From positions 25,606,001 through 25,670,000 of the forward strand of contig JAQFVV010000004.1 in the NCBI GenBank assembly GCA_028023455.1: a stretch of DNA of 64,000 nt, read 5' to 3'. The notes under the pieces are model-generated. The model was not told the DNA's origin and did no database searches. It was given only the letters and a program-made list of their open reading frames with translations. The stretch comes from Epiperipatus broadwayi. Its lineage: Eukaryota; Animalia; Onychophora. A program made the position numbers and the translations under genes. Positions 23,908-38,149 of this stretch are shown piece by piece (position 1 is the stretch's first letter; each line of letters starts with the position of its first letter).

Positions 23908-25810
23908 AGATGTTTAAATTTAAAAACAAGACTGTTAACTAATGCTTTTTTTAATTTGTTGACAAATTTTAAAACCAAAACAAACATTTGGAAATAAAAA
24001 GTTATTTCTTTTTTAAGAATTAAGAATGAAATTTTTTGTGACATAATTAAAAAAAAGTTTACTAATAGATTATATTAAGACTAAGTCTTATCCTTTTAAG
24101 ATTGTTTTAATATAATTCATTATTTAAATAGTTTCTTTATAGAATGTTGAATAATAGATGAATATAATTATAATATATAGAACTAATAATCATAAAAGTA
24201 CTTAAATATATGTTTGTATAAATTATATTTATTAATTATAGAAAAAAAAAACAATAAATTAGTTTTATCCCCCCCCCCTTTAAAGTGCATATCTAATGGT
24301 AATTAATTATGTGCAATAGTGTATGTGTGTTGTAATTGTTTTCCCTTGTCTTGAGTGGTCTGCTTTGGCAGTAAAATCAGTTTTGTAAATTTTAATTTTT
24401 AAATTTTAGTTAGTTTTTAATTCTGAATTCGACATAATTTACTTATTTTGATTCTAGTATAACTTTTAGCTTTTGTTATTTTAAATATTAAATCTGTATA
24501 ATTTGTCGAAATTCTTTTGTTAATAAAGTACACAGATAATTTAGAATATATGTAATAGATCTACAAAACATTAAGTTTGCTTCTAATATTAGTTTTTTAT
24601 TCATGAACTTAGCTATTAAATCTGTAAACAGCTGAACGGTAATATTATTTGTTTGAACATAATATATTATATTTGTAAATACCATTGTGATGAAAAACTT
24701 TTGGCAATTTAATTCAATCTTTTTTGATGTATTCTAAAAATGAGAGAGCAACAGAAAGAGAACTGAATTTGTAACAGTTTTTTGGAATACAAGGAAATAT
24801 AGTTTGGAAACCTCAATCAGAAAATTAGTGAAAGAGGATCGGTATAGAAAGACACTGATCAATACTATATTTTTACTGTCTGAAATTAAATAATTCATTA
24901 TTAGTTTCAAAAGACTTTATTGAACTATAAGTATGCAAGACAGTACTTACATAAGATAAAGTAAGAAAAGACTATGAGATTGTAAAGAAAGGGAGATATG
25001 TGGTTTACATTATATATCTGTATTTTTATCTCAAGCTAGAGATGAGAAAAATTACAAATTTATATGTAACAGAAAAAAAAATTGAAATCTGCTTAGAATT
25101 TTTCACTGCTGCATAGAATTTATAATATTTCTATGTACATCATTGCATTAATGTCTTTTTGGTTTTTAATTATCTAGTTATCATTTTATAATAGTGAGTC
25201 ATGTTATAAATTTGAATGAAATTGTATTAGTGACCATGTGTCTGAATAAATGTTAATTGATGAGATTTTTTCATCTCTTATGTGTACAATATCCATTTTG
25301 TTCCTAACTGTATTAGGTGTCTTTTTGTATTTGAACTGTACATAAATGTCCATCTGGTACACCATAATGAGAATATTATAAATGTGTGGGCTCGAATGTG
25401 TGTATAAATACCTTTTTTAAATTTATTGAAAAGTGTATGTGTGTTATAATGTGCAATGATATTTCCATATCTAGAAAACATTTTTAAAATTACACCCACA
25501 GACAGGCTACCACTCATATGCAATTACTGAAATAACTTAAATTCTACTTTACAATGCATTCCCAATTTAATATATTGTCCTCCCAATAATAAAATTAAAT
25601 ACTGGGATGTATATTCAATTTGTGCTTCCCCATCCAATGATAATAATAAACCCTTTTTAAACATAACCAATCAGCAGTTGACTAAAAAATTCAAATACTA
25701 ATGATTAGAACCAAAATACTATGATTTTTCTCCTAAAACTAAATCTTGAAGCACTTCCCATTTTTTATTTCTACAGATAAAAAATGAATTGCATTAACAT
25801 TGAAGACATA

Positions 25811-25894
25811 TGCAAACTATGGCAGAGAGAATCAGAAACACAATCACATTTTTTATTCATGTGCCCCATGTTTAATAATATCTGGCGGGAAATC
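25811..25894 (+). pseudogene. C-terminal CCHC zinc-finger fragment of a non-LTR retrotransposon ORF2
   Basis: Translates as CKLWQRESETQSHFLFMCPMFNNIWREI, fitting C-x2-C-x4-ET-x2-H-x4-C-x6-W with the second C lost. Confidence 0.5.
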
Positions 25895-28800
25895 CCAAAA
25901 TATTTAAAAATAAAAAAACACTTCATTATTGCTATTATTCTTCATATTATGTCATAATAATTTAAATTCTTTTAGGTGGTTCTTCTACCTTCTCCAGAAA
26001 ATTGAAGATTGCTATCAGATATTTCACTCTAAGCATCAAGAAACTTTTTTTCGTATTGAAAGATGATGGAATCAAACTTATACGAATCAAAGTGGATGTT
26101 TTTTAGAGGAAAATCCACTTATCAACTTTACATATGTAGCATACCAAGTTAAAATACAAACAGACTATGTGTATGGAAATATACCAATAATTCAGAGAAA
26201 CTTATTAAACAAAGTTTTTAAATAAATTTTTTATAAAAATACTATAGATAAAATCTCACTCCAGATATAACTCTAATCAGATTATGTACAATAAATTAAA
26301 AGATTCAGATGTAGGTGAATTTCTTTAAAAATTCTATATAACTGTTAAAATTTTAGTAAATATTTTCAATTACTAAATTTACATCCCATTCAATACTCTT
26401 GCATTTTAAATCTTTTATATTAAACTACATTAATTGTGAAAAAATAGTGCACAAGAAGAAAACATAACCTTTATTTTTTCATGAATTATAAATCACATTA
26501 TTAAATAATGATATTTGTATTTTATTATATTCTTAATAATATTCATTACTTATTAAAATTTGTTTATTATTCAATTGGAGTTTTCTGTATTTTATTTTTT
26601 GATCTCAACTACATTTTTTTTCTCTATATATAATGTAACTAATTGATCATAGAATTTATAATATCTTGACAATAGAATTCAGAAATTCTAAGAATATGAT
26701 TGGAAAAATGATGTGTTATATGTTTATGAAATGTGTTAATTTGAAAAATTAAATTGTATCATCCCGAGTTATGATAAATTTGATTCTTATAAGTAAATCA
26801 AACTGACTTTGTGAAAGAAGACAATACATATTGATGACATCTCTGTAAAAGTCTAATAAATGACAACAATTAGAGGTACTCTTTTCATCAATTCTATTTT
26901 TATACCCTTACTTAAATTGGAAGTCATAAGTAGGTCATAATACTATGCCAAATGTAGAGCTCTCCTTGATATCAATATATAAAGTAGATAGCCTAATATG
27001 GAAGGCCAAAATAACTAAGAGACAAATTATGATTGAAATATTAAATAAATATAGAGCAAATTAGGAATTACTCCAAGTTTGAATACTCTAAGAAATAAAG
27101 TACATATGATCATTGGCAGTTATCATGTATAAAAAATAAGAGCAAAAAATACAGAAGACTGCAGTATTAAAAAGAGAAAAAGGAAAATTAACTATGCAGA
27201 TAAGAATTGCTAATATAATTGGTGTAAGAGATGTGCAACTAATATTATATAATGGTAGAAAATGAATGATTCAATAATTTCAAAGTAATCATTAAAATAA
27301 ATATAATAAAAGTAGATTCAAAGAAATTTAACTAACATGAACAATTAAATTAATGCAGAATAACAAAAATTATACAAAAGCAAAAGTAGGAAAAAAATCT
27401 GTAACAACTATTACATTAAAAAAAATTAGAAACAAAGAAAAAAAATTGAAATTAGATATAAAATGAGTTAAAAAGTATTAATACAATATGAAAGATAGTA
27501 ATAAGAAGAAAAAAAACAAAAATGTCACAAAAAATGATTCACCAGATGAAAATAAATTAGAATAAATAAAAAGATAAAACATAGCAACATGAAAAGAAAA
27601 TGTTTCAGATGAATAAAAAAATTCTTCATAAAGTCAAAAAAAACAAACACACAAGATATCATTAAAAAAACTAGAAATGTTCAAAAAGATGATGAAAGAA
27701 AATAAACAGAAAGTCTTCAAAAATATTTAAAAAGATATAAGCAAAGAATTGTCAAAAACAAGAAAATAAATTTTTAAGTCTAATCAAACAAAAAATAGAA
27801 ACAATATTGAAAAAAATAGACAAACATAAATTAGTCATAAAAATGATGAAAGTTATAAAGATGTAATGAAATTGAAAGAGAAAAGCGTTGTGAAAAGATT
27901 ATTAAAGCAGAAATGAAGATGACAAAAACTGACTGTATAAAAATGGTGAAATGATTCAAAAAGGAACTACACAAAAAATTAAAAATCAGGCACCAATGAG
28001 TAAAAAGAATATACATGAATAAAAAATAAAATTTGATTTTACCAAATCTCCAGGGCTTAACTTTTCAGTCTCTCACAAGTATTCAGTTTTAATTTTTTTT
28101 TTCAATTATTATATGATAGAAAAATATATGAGCAATGAGTTTTGAAACTAATAAGTATGATATCAAAAAATGTTTTAGAAAGGGTACCTTTGTATTGCAT
28201 TATTTGTATTTTTTGACATGATAATTGGCATTTTTGCAAAGTTAGCTGTGCATAGATTATTGACAAGAAACAAAGGCATCTTTATTTTCAAAATTTATGA
28301 CGTTCATATATTAACTTCTACATTTTATCTTCAGAATATATTGTAACGGGATTTACCGTTTTCCATATATATATCATGCATATATATATAATCATTTGTA
28401 AGATTGCATATATGTATATAACACTACACGCATATGCATAATGCGTAATTGTTAAAAAAAATTATTCTTAAAGTATTTTGAAAATTATACTCCTATTTCT
28501 CACCCAGCATATTTATGAGCATCAATTTATGACCACAAGTGCCAAACTTATATTACTATAAGAATTATGCTGGGAGAGCTGAAATACCAATATGGAAATG
28601 CCCTTGACTAGCTCACTCAGGGTGGGTGATTGACAAATTGAAGGAAATCTATGAGGAGGGGTTTTTACTATACTAAAATATGTTTAATATACTATTCTAA
28701 ATTCCTTATACTTTTATAAAAACAGACTTAAATAAACATACATTTCTTTTTAAAATTTTGTAAAATATTTTATTTATATCCTGATTAAATATTATTTGAT

Positions 28801-30825
28801 TTTGTGCTCCTTATTTACTAAGAAAAACACATGCATACACACATTACTTAGATATGTATAAAATCCTATGAATAAGACATATATCAGGTTCATACCAGTA
28901 AGAAAAAAATCATTTCTTTTTCTTTGATTCTTTTTTTTAAAAGTTTATGCATATCGTCCATGACAAGAAAGTTTGTAAAGAAAGTTTGTGAAAAATTAAA
29001 AAAAAACAGATGCTATCTGGAACACTAATTAGCATATTGTTAAATGTGCACATACCTGAATTGCTTTTCTTCCCCGGGGAAAATGATGGATTATCAAAAG
29101 TGAAAATTTTCATTCATTTTGACTCTTTTTTATAGCACTTGATGTAATGGCGATCAAATTGGGTTATTTATTCCAGCTGTCCTATATTCTTGCTTATTGA
29201 TTTCATTCCTTTTTTGAATTTAATTTAGACTTTGGAGCAATTAGTTTCTATCTTTGATGGTTACCCTTCTTGCAGCCACCTTCAGACCTTCATGGGATGA
29301 GATTGTGCTGCCTGGAACACTTACGCTTTCTTAAGCCAGCTTGCACACAATTCTATCAGCCATTTCTAAACAATTCTCCACTACAGCACTCTACAAAAAT
29401 CAGCAATTGAATAATCTCTTTAGAAAGTTCTGCCCCTCAAAATCTGGATTCTTTTTTGAACAAAAACTTTTCACACCTCAAAATCTAATTTTGTTCTTTT
29501 GTTTTCATCTAAATTCGTTTGAATCCAAAACTTAAATCTCAATAATTAAATTTCTTAGATATCGATCAAGTTCTTTTTGATATCTTTTTTTCATATAACT
29601 TCTCCAAAATGAAATCAAAAAGCTTCCATCTTGAAAAATAAAACATATTTCTATATCTGCATTTATACTTTTTATTTTTTATTTTATTTTTTCATATTAC
29701 TCTATCCAGCAAAATATATACACACGTTTCCATAAAACAAAGAGCACACATACCCTCACCTCTTCTGTTTATATTAACCTTTTTTAATCCCTATCTAGTT
29801 ATAAATATAAATATTAAAAATAAATAAATTCCATTAATTGGGCTTTATTGACGCATATATAACAAAGTTTACTTTTGAAACATGGATCAAACTCAGCCCT
29901 GTTTCAATATATATATATATTCTATGAAAAATAGATAAACTCAACATGTGTTAATATACCCTGGACATTTGAGTTAATTGGAAAAGTAATATTAACTATA
30001 AAAGGTAATGGGAAAATTTAATGTTAACAATGAATAAATTCAAGTTGTGTTAAACCACCTTGAAAAGTATTATTTTTATTTTAATCTGAACATTTGAAGA
30101 AACAAGAAGGAAAATTAATAGCAAAAAAAATGAAAATTATAACTACCAAAAAAGAACCAAAAAAAAAAAAAAGAAACCATACTAATATAAAGTATTATAA
30201 TGTGCACATCTACACTTGCAAATAACTTTTTAAAAAAATTCATAATAATGAATAATTTTGATTTAAGTTTTTTTTAATATGTTTTTATTAATTTTATTTT
30301 TTTTACAAAATGTAAAAAAGCTTGTATCTTTTCCATTTCTATAATATAAAGTGGGGAGGGGAGAACTTAACTGCTCTTACATTTTTTATCTTTTTCTAGC
30401 AAATGTTGTTTTCTAATTTTAATCACTAAAAAAATTCATTTTAAAATAAAGATTAATTAATTTAATTAATAAGAATCAACAGAAAATGATCTTTTTTGAT
30501 GAAATTGTATTTCTTATGTAGAATCATAGTCTATTTAGAATTGTCAAATTGTCATATCTTTTTTTAATTTTATTAGTTAATTTCATTAAATAATTGGTTA
30601 AACAATGATAGTGTAAATGTCTTATTTCTCCAACTATCTGTTCTCTGAATTGGAAGTGTGTTTGTGACTTGATTTCATCATAGCATGGTGTTTTAAGGGA
30701 TTATAAATAATCCCAGTAGATTAAGCATATGCTTTTATATTTTCTCTTATTCACAGTCACAGTCCTATGATTTTTTGATCTCAAGCTAACTCTTGAGCAA
30801 TAATAATTGTTATATACATGGGGAT

Positions 30826-30914
30826 ACATATTTGTTGTATTTTTATACTGGACTATTTCCATCATCTAATATGTGTATTGAATGTCTTTAGAAAAATTTA
30901 ACTTTATTTAAATA
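30826..30914 (-). repeat. Inverted pLTR-like copy (family E) at the 5' truncation point of the adjacent PLE
   Basis: Reverse complement of 32292-32372; contains (u)AGAUGA-U-GGA(AAUAG)UCC. Confidence 0.75.
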
Positions 30915-32050
30915 AGTTTACAAACCAGAACAGCTCTTGCTGTTGATAGTGTAATGAAACTATTAACATTCTGCATAAAAACAATCTATTTTCAATATAA
31001 CACAGAATTCTTCCAACAAAATCAAGGAATGGCTATGAGCTCACCATTGTCTCCCCTGCATTATCAATATTTACATGGAAGAACTTGAAACCTTAGCCAT
31101 AAAAACTACTCCATATCCACCTAAAGTTTGGCTTCGCTATGTGGATGATACATTTTTTGTATGGCCACTTGGTGAAGCACTACTACAAACTTTCTGGAAA
31201 CACATCAACAATATATCCCCTTCAATTAAATTCACAACAGAATCAGAACAAGAACAAAAATTGGCATTTTTAAATGTGTTTGTGACAAGACTACCTCATG
31301 GTAAAATCAAAACTACAGTTTACTAAAAACCTACACATACAGGAAAATACCTAGTCTATACATCCAATCACACCAGAAACATGAAACATAGAGTTATACT
31401 ATTACTATAGAACAGAGCAAAAAAAGTTTGTTCAGAAACCAGCAATTTGGAAAAAGAAAAGATCTATATAGAACAAACTCCTATGAAAAATCGTTATTCA
31501 TCAGCTGTTATTAAGAAAATGTTAAATCGACAACAAAAAGAACCATCAAGAAAAAAGACAATTATGGCTACTGTAGTGTACCCATATATTCCAAAAATAG
31601 TAGGCAAATTAAAGAAAATGTGCAATCAGTATAACATCAGAACAGCTTTCCAGAGCCCCACCACACTCTGAGGAATTCTAACATCCTAAACTTGAAATGA
31701 TGAAAAAAAAAACTGTATCTATGAAATACCATGTGAATGTGAAAGAACATATATTGGTGAGACCAGTCATTGAAAAGCACTTGCAAGAACACAAACTGAT
31801 GATTAGAAGTGAGAAAACAAATATGTCTAAGGTAGCAGAACATGTATGTGCCAATGAACATATGTTCAATTGGGAATTTACAAAAATACTGAATAGAGAA
31901 AAAAAGGTACAAAGAAGAAAATTTAAAGAAGCTGCTCACATCACAATGACAAAAAAATCCCATAAGCCACTCTACTGTGACTATACATAATGTATGGAAA
32001 CAACTAATCAACTTTGCTCTTAGGAAAAGGTGGAGAAATCAGGAGGAACC
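30915..32050 (+). pseudogene. 5'-truncated Penelope-like retroelement (RT plus GIY-YIG), second family
   Basis: QQNQGMAMSSPLSP, WLRYVDDTF, IKFTTESE..KLAFL, KPTHTGKYL, frameshifted IYEIPCECERTYIGET, and SKVAEH...HMFNW..TKIL..E...RRKFKEA. Confidence 0.92.
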
Positions 32051-32091
32051 TCATAGATAAGTATATGAAATTACTACAGACTGTTGCCTTT

Positions 32092-32170
32092 GGCAGGATG
32101 GCTCATGTGGTTAGAGTGTTACCTTAAAACTCATTACTCAAGAATCTAAGAACCCAGTTTCAAATCCCAT
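32092..32170 (+). mobile_element. tRNA-derived SINE head (decayed Pol III A and B boxes)
   Basis: ggatggctcatgtggttagag (A-box-like) and agtttcaaatccc (B-box-like) about 45 bp apart; no complete cloverleaf. Confidence 0.5.
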
Positions 32171-32291
32171 GCTAATCCTGTCACTGGTCAGGCCAGAAAC
32201 ACTTGAAAAAGATAGAATAATACTTCTCAAACCATTGTGCATATATTAACCTATTTGATATGCTATTACTAACAGTTGAATGTATTTGGAA

Positions 32292-32372
32292 TATTTAAAT
32301 AAAGTTAATTTTTTCTAAAGACATTCAATGCACATATTAGATGATGGAAATAGTCAAATATAAAATTACAAC
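32292..32372 (+). repeat. 3' pLTR-like copy (family E) with decayed HHR-like core
   Basis: tatttaaataaagtt...attagatgatggaaatagtcaaatataaaa, downstream of the GIY-YIG region in sense orientation. Confidence 0.7.
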
Positions 32373-33580
32373 TAGAACATCATCATCGCAAAACTTCAGG
32401 GTATATATTTGTGTTTGGAAATTCAGATAATTTTCTGGATGGTGAAAAAAATCAAGATCATTTTTAAAGTCCATTCACTACAGTTTATTTTTTATACAAA
32501 TTAGAAATTAGTTTATAGTTGGTCTGTACACTCATAATATTATATGGCTAGAGAACTAATGATGATCAGCATATATCAGAATCTCAGGATTATTTAATTA
32601 TGATTGATAGATTAGTGCATGCAAATGACTGTTTTATATTATGTCCTATGTTTAGCAATGGCTAGATAAATAGCCGAACTTTTGATATTGAATCTATTTT
32701 GGATCCAATCCCAAGGGATAACTATTCATTATTCTTGTTTAATACTGGTGATGTAATTTATTATAACTCTTTATTTTATACTATGCTGATTTTCTGATGC
32801 TACTTTTGTAGTTATTGATGACTATTCATTGATAATAATTAAGATGATTGTGATATTCATTGATTATTTATTCTTTAATTGTGATATTTGGGAATGATGA
32901 TATTTTTCCCATCTCATATTATCTGATATTTGCCACATATTTTATTTCATTACAATATAGTATGTGTGAAAGGCAACAACAATAGGTAGAAAGTGAAATA
33001 TTTTTGATGCTTTTTTTATAATGGTTCAAAGAAATGTTTGTAAGAATGGATGGTTTTTCTTAAAAAAGTGCCACCTGCATTAGATAGATTTTGCTCTGTT
33101 TATGAACAAAAAAAAAATTAATTTTATCAGATGATAATTTGATTGATTGAGAGAAGAATGATTTATAAACAGATAATATATCTAGAAATGTCACCATTAT
33201 TATTAAATGAATAAAATGGAATTTGATCATTATTATAATTTTTAGGTTGTATAATATTTGAAGGTAATGAAAAAATATCTTCCAATTATATTTGGCATAT
33301 CAATATGTGATCAAATATATAAAATGTATAATATGATTTATTTAGGTAAAACTTTCCAATATGTATGTTGAATATATGAAGGCATTTTGTAATTTTTTTT
33401 AGAATGTAAAGCAAAAGATTTATATTTATACAGATTATATTCCATGGCAGTTTTATATTCTTTCAAAAAAATAATATTATAAAATAATTTAGATTAAATG
33501 TGCCATACTTGGAAAATATGTATATGTAATCATTTATATGAGGCTATCAAATTAGTGATATTATGTAACATAAACTTCAC

Positions 33581-33909
33581 AAAAGTATTATTATTCTTAA
33601 CCTCTCCTTTTCACTTTCTTTGCATCTTTCTTTATATATTCATATATATATCAAACTTTTCTATATACTTTCCTCATATACACTAAAGTGCAATTTTTTA
33701 TATAATCCCTCTTTTATTTTCCTTATATTTCGACTGTTCTGCAATCTTCATCAGAGCTCCTATATACATCTCACCATTTCTTCTTACAATTTGGAGCTCT
33801 GATGAAGATTGCAAGATGTTAAAACTGTACGGAAAATAAAGAAGGAATTATATAAAAATTGCATTCAAGTGTATATGAGGAGAGTATATAGAAAAGTTTG
33901 ATATATATG
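33581..33909. mobile_element. Fold-back HHR cassette flanked by a perfect 14-bp direct repeat
   Basis: Arms 33639-33760 and 33793-33911; aacataaacttcac at 33567-33580 and 33910-33923. Confidence 0.85.
33722..33756 (-). ncRNA. Minimal hammerhead ribozyme, C3-G8 core
   Basis: Reverse complement CU-CUGAUGA-A-GAUUG(CAGAA)CAGUC-GAAA-UA-UA-AG; the partner arm (~33797-33832, +) keeps CUGAUGA but stem II and GAAA have decayed. Confidence 0.7.
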
Positions 33910-34154
33910 AACATAAACTTCACCAGCAACTAATCAACTTTCATGCATAATAATAATATTTATATGTATCAAATGTATAAATAATAATTAGTAAACCAAC
34001 AGAGCAATACAATATATGGATAGTGAACTGGTGTCAGATCTTTGTAACTATGCAAGTAAACTGATTTAGATTCAAAACATTAAGAGATTTTTGAATTGCA
34101 GTCTAGTAACTTAATAATAAAAAAGGAATAAATAGTAATTGCTGAAGAAAAGAT

Positions 34155-34290
34155 GCATGTTATTCTAAAAATCCAGCTGCATTAGTTCCAGATTCAAAAC
34201 ATTTCACTGATGAAAATCATAAACTAGGAACTGGTCTGAAAATATGGAAAGAATAGCATTGGATAAGGATCTATTAAACCTCACCATCTA
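34155..34290 (+). mobile_element. Family A repeat, heavily decayed copy
   Basis: agattcaaaacatttcactgatgaaaatcataaactaggaactggtctgaaaatatgg aligns to gatccaaagctcctcactgatgaaggccacaagccagaaactagtctggagatattgg. Confidence 0.6.
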
Positions 34291-36810
34291 GCATATATTG
34301 ATTATTCAAGCTAACATTGAGTCACTGAAGTGGAATAGAAGAAATAGAATTTGATAGTTAATAATAAAAAAATCACAGTTTGAATATATTTTGCTCTAAA
34401 ATCTTTAGACTATAAATGGCAAAAATATCTTACATTAATAATTAGAATGCTAGACTAATTAGAGTTCCTCATCTAAGATTCAAGTCAAGAAAAAACTGTA
34501 CATTTTTCAAATAGTTTCCTGCAGTTTTAATTGAATATCAAATGTTATTAAATGTATATTTCAAATATAATATGTATTTACAAATTGGTGTTATTTTAAT
34601 TGGAAATGCAATTGTATTTCATCCTAAATAGTGGAATATATTGGTGCTAAGACTATTGATTAATTGACTAAATGATGATGAATCAATGATGCTCAATTAT
34701 CATGTAATCCTCCAATTAATAAATTATTTAATTATATAATGGCATGAAAGTAACATGTAGAAAATGCACAATCTTCATATTCATATCCCATGTGGATGGG
34801 TAGCAATAACAATTACTTGTTTTCAAAGTATCTGTGAAGAAATGATATCATATGCAAAGTCGATTTCAATTTTTTTATGATGTTATCATTTATTAGATTT
34901 TTTTTGATGATAAGTCATAGAAAACCATAGGCTTATAACTTATCAACCTTATTTTCGCTCCTATTATTAATATTTTTATATCAATAAAGTATGTAATCAC
35001 TTTAATGCATGCAAACTCATTACACACAAACTTATGATCAAGATATATATTGTAGAGGTAACTATTTTAAAAAAAAAAAAAACTAAAGACATTTGTGTTT
35101 TCACTTTTATCAAAGGAGGGGGGGGGGGATGCATATTGAAATAAAGTAATATTAAAAGCATTTATCAGAAAACTAATTACAGGAAAACATTCGACATTTA
35201 ATTAAAAATATTAAAAAAATTGCTTTAAAGGCCAGCAATTAAAAGATATAAATTTAAAATTAATGAGTTATTTTGGAAAGTAAATAACACTGTACCTATA
35301 ACAATCAATCCATAAAAGACGCATCAAAATCTCATTAATTTTCAATCATAAATACTATATTTCCTCTTCTAAAAAAAGAAGACGAAAATAAAAAAGATTA
35401 AATATCAAAATATCAGTATCCAACCTTTGGCAAAATGCATCAAACTAATTTATAAATGACTATAGAAATGTAATTTGATAGTTTAAATAAGCATCCCTCT
35501 CTATTTCTGTAATATTATATATATTTAACAATGTATATAATTTTCAAAAAGTGCGACATTGCCCCTCAAAAATTCTTTTGACAAGATCTCTTTTTTTTTA
35601 TGCTTTGTAAAAATAGTGTGTAAACAATCGTGAAAAACAATAACTTATATTTAATAATTTTTATTGAATAAAAGTAAAATTCTGAATATAAAATCAGATA
35701 AGCACTGCAGTGCTGTAATATATAAAAACAGGTTGAAAAAATGACAAAAATAATGTGGAAAATTTCAATAATAATCACAAAGAATTTAGATTTGATTAAG
35801 AAAATTATTAAGGTGTGGATTTTAAAATCAGCATTTTACTAAAATTAAAGCATCTCTATTGCAAGGCAAAAGCATATCTAACATCCCTTCAATAAAAAAG
35901 AATGAATTAATTATCAGGACTGTGAACTACTAAAAACTGAGAACTTGAAAGGTTTCAATCTTTTTTATATATATAATCGGTGACAATTTGGATTTTCTCT
36001 GGGCTAATTACTTAAAAAAATATTTCAAGTTTTACCTAGTTGGATCAAATCTCAAGTTATAGTTATAATAGGTGAATTTACCAACTACTCTGATAAAAGA
36101 TATCATGGTTATATTGATTGAATCAAAAACCTTAGGTAAAATCATGTTTCACTTTGTAAATATATTTAATTGAAAGCAGATAGTTCAGTCTCTCAGTTTA
36201 AGAGTAGCTCTATTTATAAATGTTAAATTATTTCCCAAAATTTCATATTAAAAAAATAGCATAAAAATCAATTTATTTACTTACCATTCTAATATAATAG
36301 TCAAATATATTTAAAAATACATATATATAAGCAACAAATATTACAAATTATAAAATTATCATAAATTCCATACACTCATTAGGAAGATAAAAATCTGATT
36401 TCTGAAATAAATGATATGTAAAAAATATTTCCCAAACACTTAAATATTGTCATACTTGTATAATTCTTTAATGGGACTTCCTCTTATTTATTATTAATAT
36501 ACATAGCGATAAAGGTTTTTGCAGCTAATGCATGCTCATTATTTTATTATATATAAATGATAATTGACATTCAATTTGAAGAAAATTGATTTCTTCTTCA
36601 CTGAATATATAAATCATTTCATTATGGTATATATTTTCATAATTTACTTTATAAAAAAATTTGAATCAAGTATGCAGAGACCTAACATACCAAAAAACAT
36701 TTAATCATTATATTGTATTTGCATAGCTAATATTTAGCATACGCTTCTGATTATTACTAATTTAACGATAATGAAAGTTTTCTTACAACCTAAAACATTA
36801 CATAGAGACT

Positions 36811-36995
36811 AAACTCTCCATACAGTAACATCACTCAGTGCAAGCTAGAGTAATCAATGGATGCAAGAAGATTTTTGCATAAAATCCCTATCCAGTGCTT
36901 ACTCATACAATATCACCAGACTAGGTTCTAGTTTGTAGCTTTCATCAGTGAGGAGCTTTGGATTTAAAAGCACTGCACCTAGATTTTAAGATCTA
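36811..36995 (-). mobile_element. Family A repeat copy with decayed HHR (GAAA to GAAC) at 36914-36953
   Basis: Colinear with copies 1 and 2; a further partial 3' piece lies at 37266-37313. Confidence 0.8.
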
Positions 36996-38149
36996 ATGCA
37001 ACTCTCCAGCAGCCACTTTTTACCTTATTAGCTAACTATAATGCTTTGAGTCCAAAATGAAAACACAATAATGTTTTCAATTTAAGCTCATTAGCTTGTA
37101 TAGTTGTATAGATATGAACTCAGTTCAGCATCCATACTTTTTGATGTCTTTGGTTATATAATAACCACAGTCACATTTATCCTATTGGGCAGGATTGGTA
37201 TTAAACCATTAAACATCACATGATCACCACTCTTTATGTTTACCCAAGCTGTTTACACAGAGGCTAAACTCTCTATACAATAGTGCCACTCAGTGCCAGT
37301 CAGAATAATCAATAAAATATTAATAATATCTTTGAAATGGTGCAACAGAATCATAAAACTTTAAGATTGCACTAATTTATTTATCATTTACTGGATTATC
37401 AAATGCAAAAATTGACTTTACAAATCATCAACTTCTTAAATTAATGATAACAAGACAGAAAATGTATATAAAATATTTTTAAATTAATTGAAAAACAATC
37501 CAAATTTGTTTCCATAATATATTACAATTATGTGATGAAAAAAAGATAATTAAGAAAAAATGATTTTGAATTAGAGGTGAGAATTGATTAAAATAAAAGA
37601 TTGATTTCGTTTTGTAAAGAAAATGATATATTATGTTTTATCTATTATATAAAAACACACCAACATATTTCAACTAGAATGTTTTAATTTAAAGTAAAAT
37701 TAGGAACACTATTAAAACTACATGGATTTCTACCCTGGAAATAACATAATTTAAATAATAATTTTCTTATAGTAGATTGAAGAACTGTTACAAAAGAAGA
37801 CCTCTGAATTTTAAGAATCTTGTTTTAGATTTGTTGAAAAAGGAAAATAAGCATAAATAGTACAAAATCATTTGACAAAATAAATTGAAATAAAAGAATT
37901 TATTCAAAGATTATCTAAAAGATATTGAGATGATAAAGATTGTGAAACAAGCAAGAAAATCTTGAGATTAATAATGATATAATGAATAAAATAGAAAAAA
38001 TATAATGAGATTAAAATAGGGTGTAAATATGTTTCAGGCAAAGAAAACAATTATAATAAAAGAAATAAAGATTTAAAAAAGTACTAATTTTTATCAATTT
38101 TTTGTTTGGATACTTATCAAATAATTTAAATATAGTAATTATTTTAACA

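Noticed and set aside
27190-28070. A-rich plus-strand tract with KSPGL as a LINE ORF2 relic
   Set aside because: A single short motif in low-complexity sequence; plausible but unsupported.
35118-35128. G11 run (and C10 at 24269) as quadruplex elements
   Set aside because: Isolated homopolymers with no contextual support.
37500-38100. A-rich tract with HGFLP as a LINE RT relic
   Set aside because: Motif too short and frames too broken.
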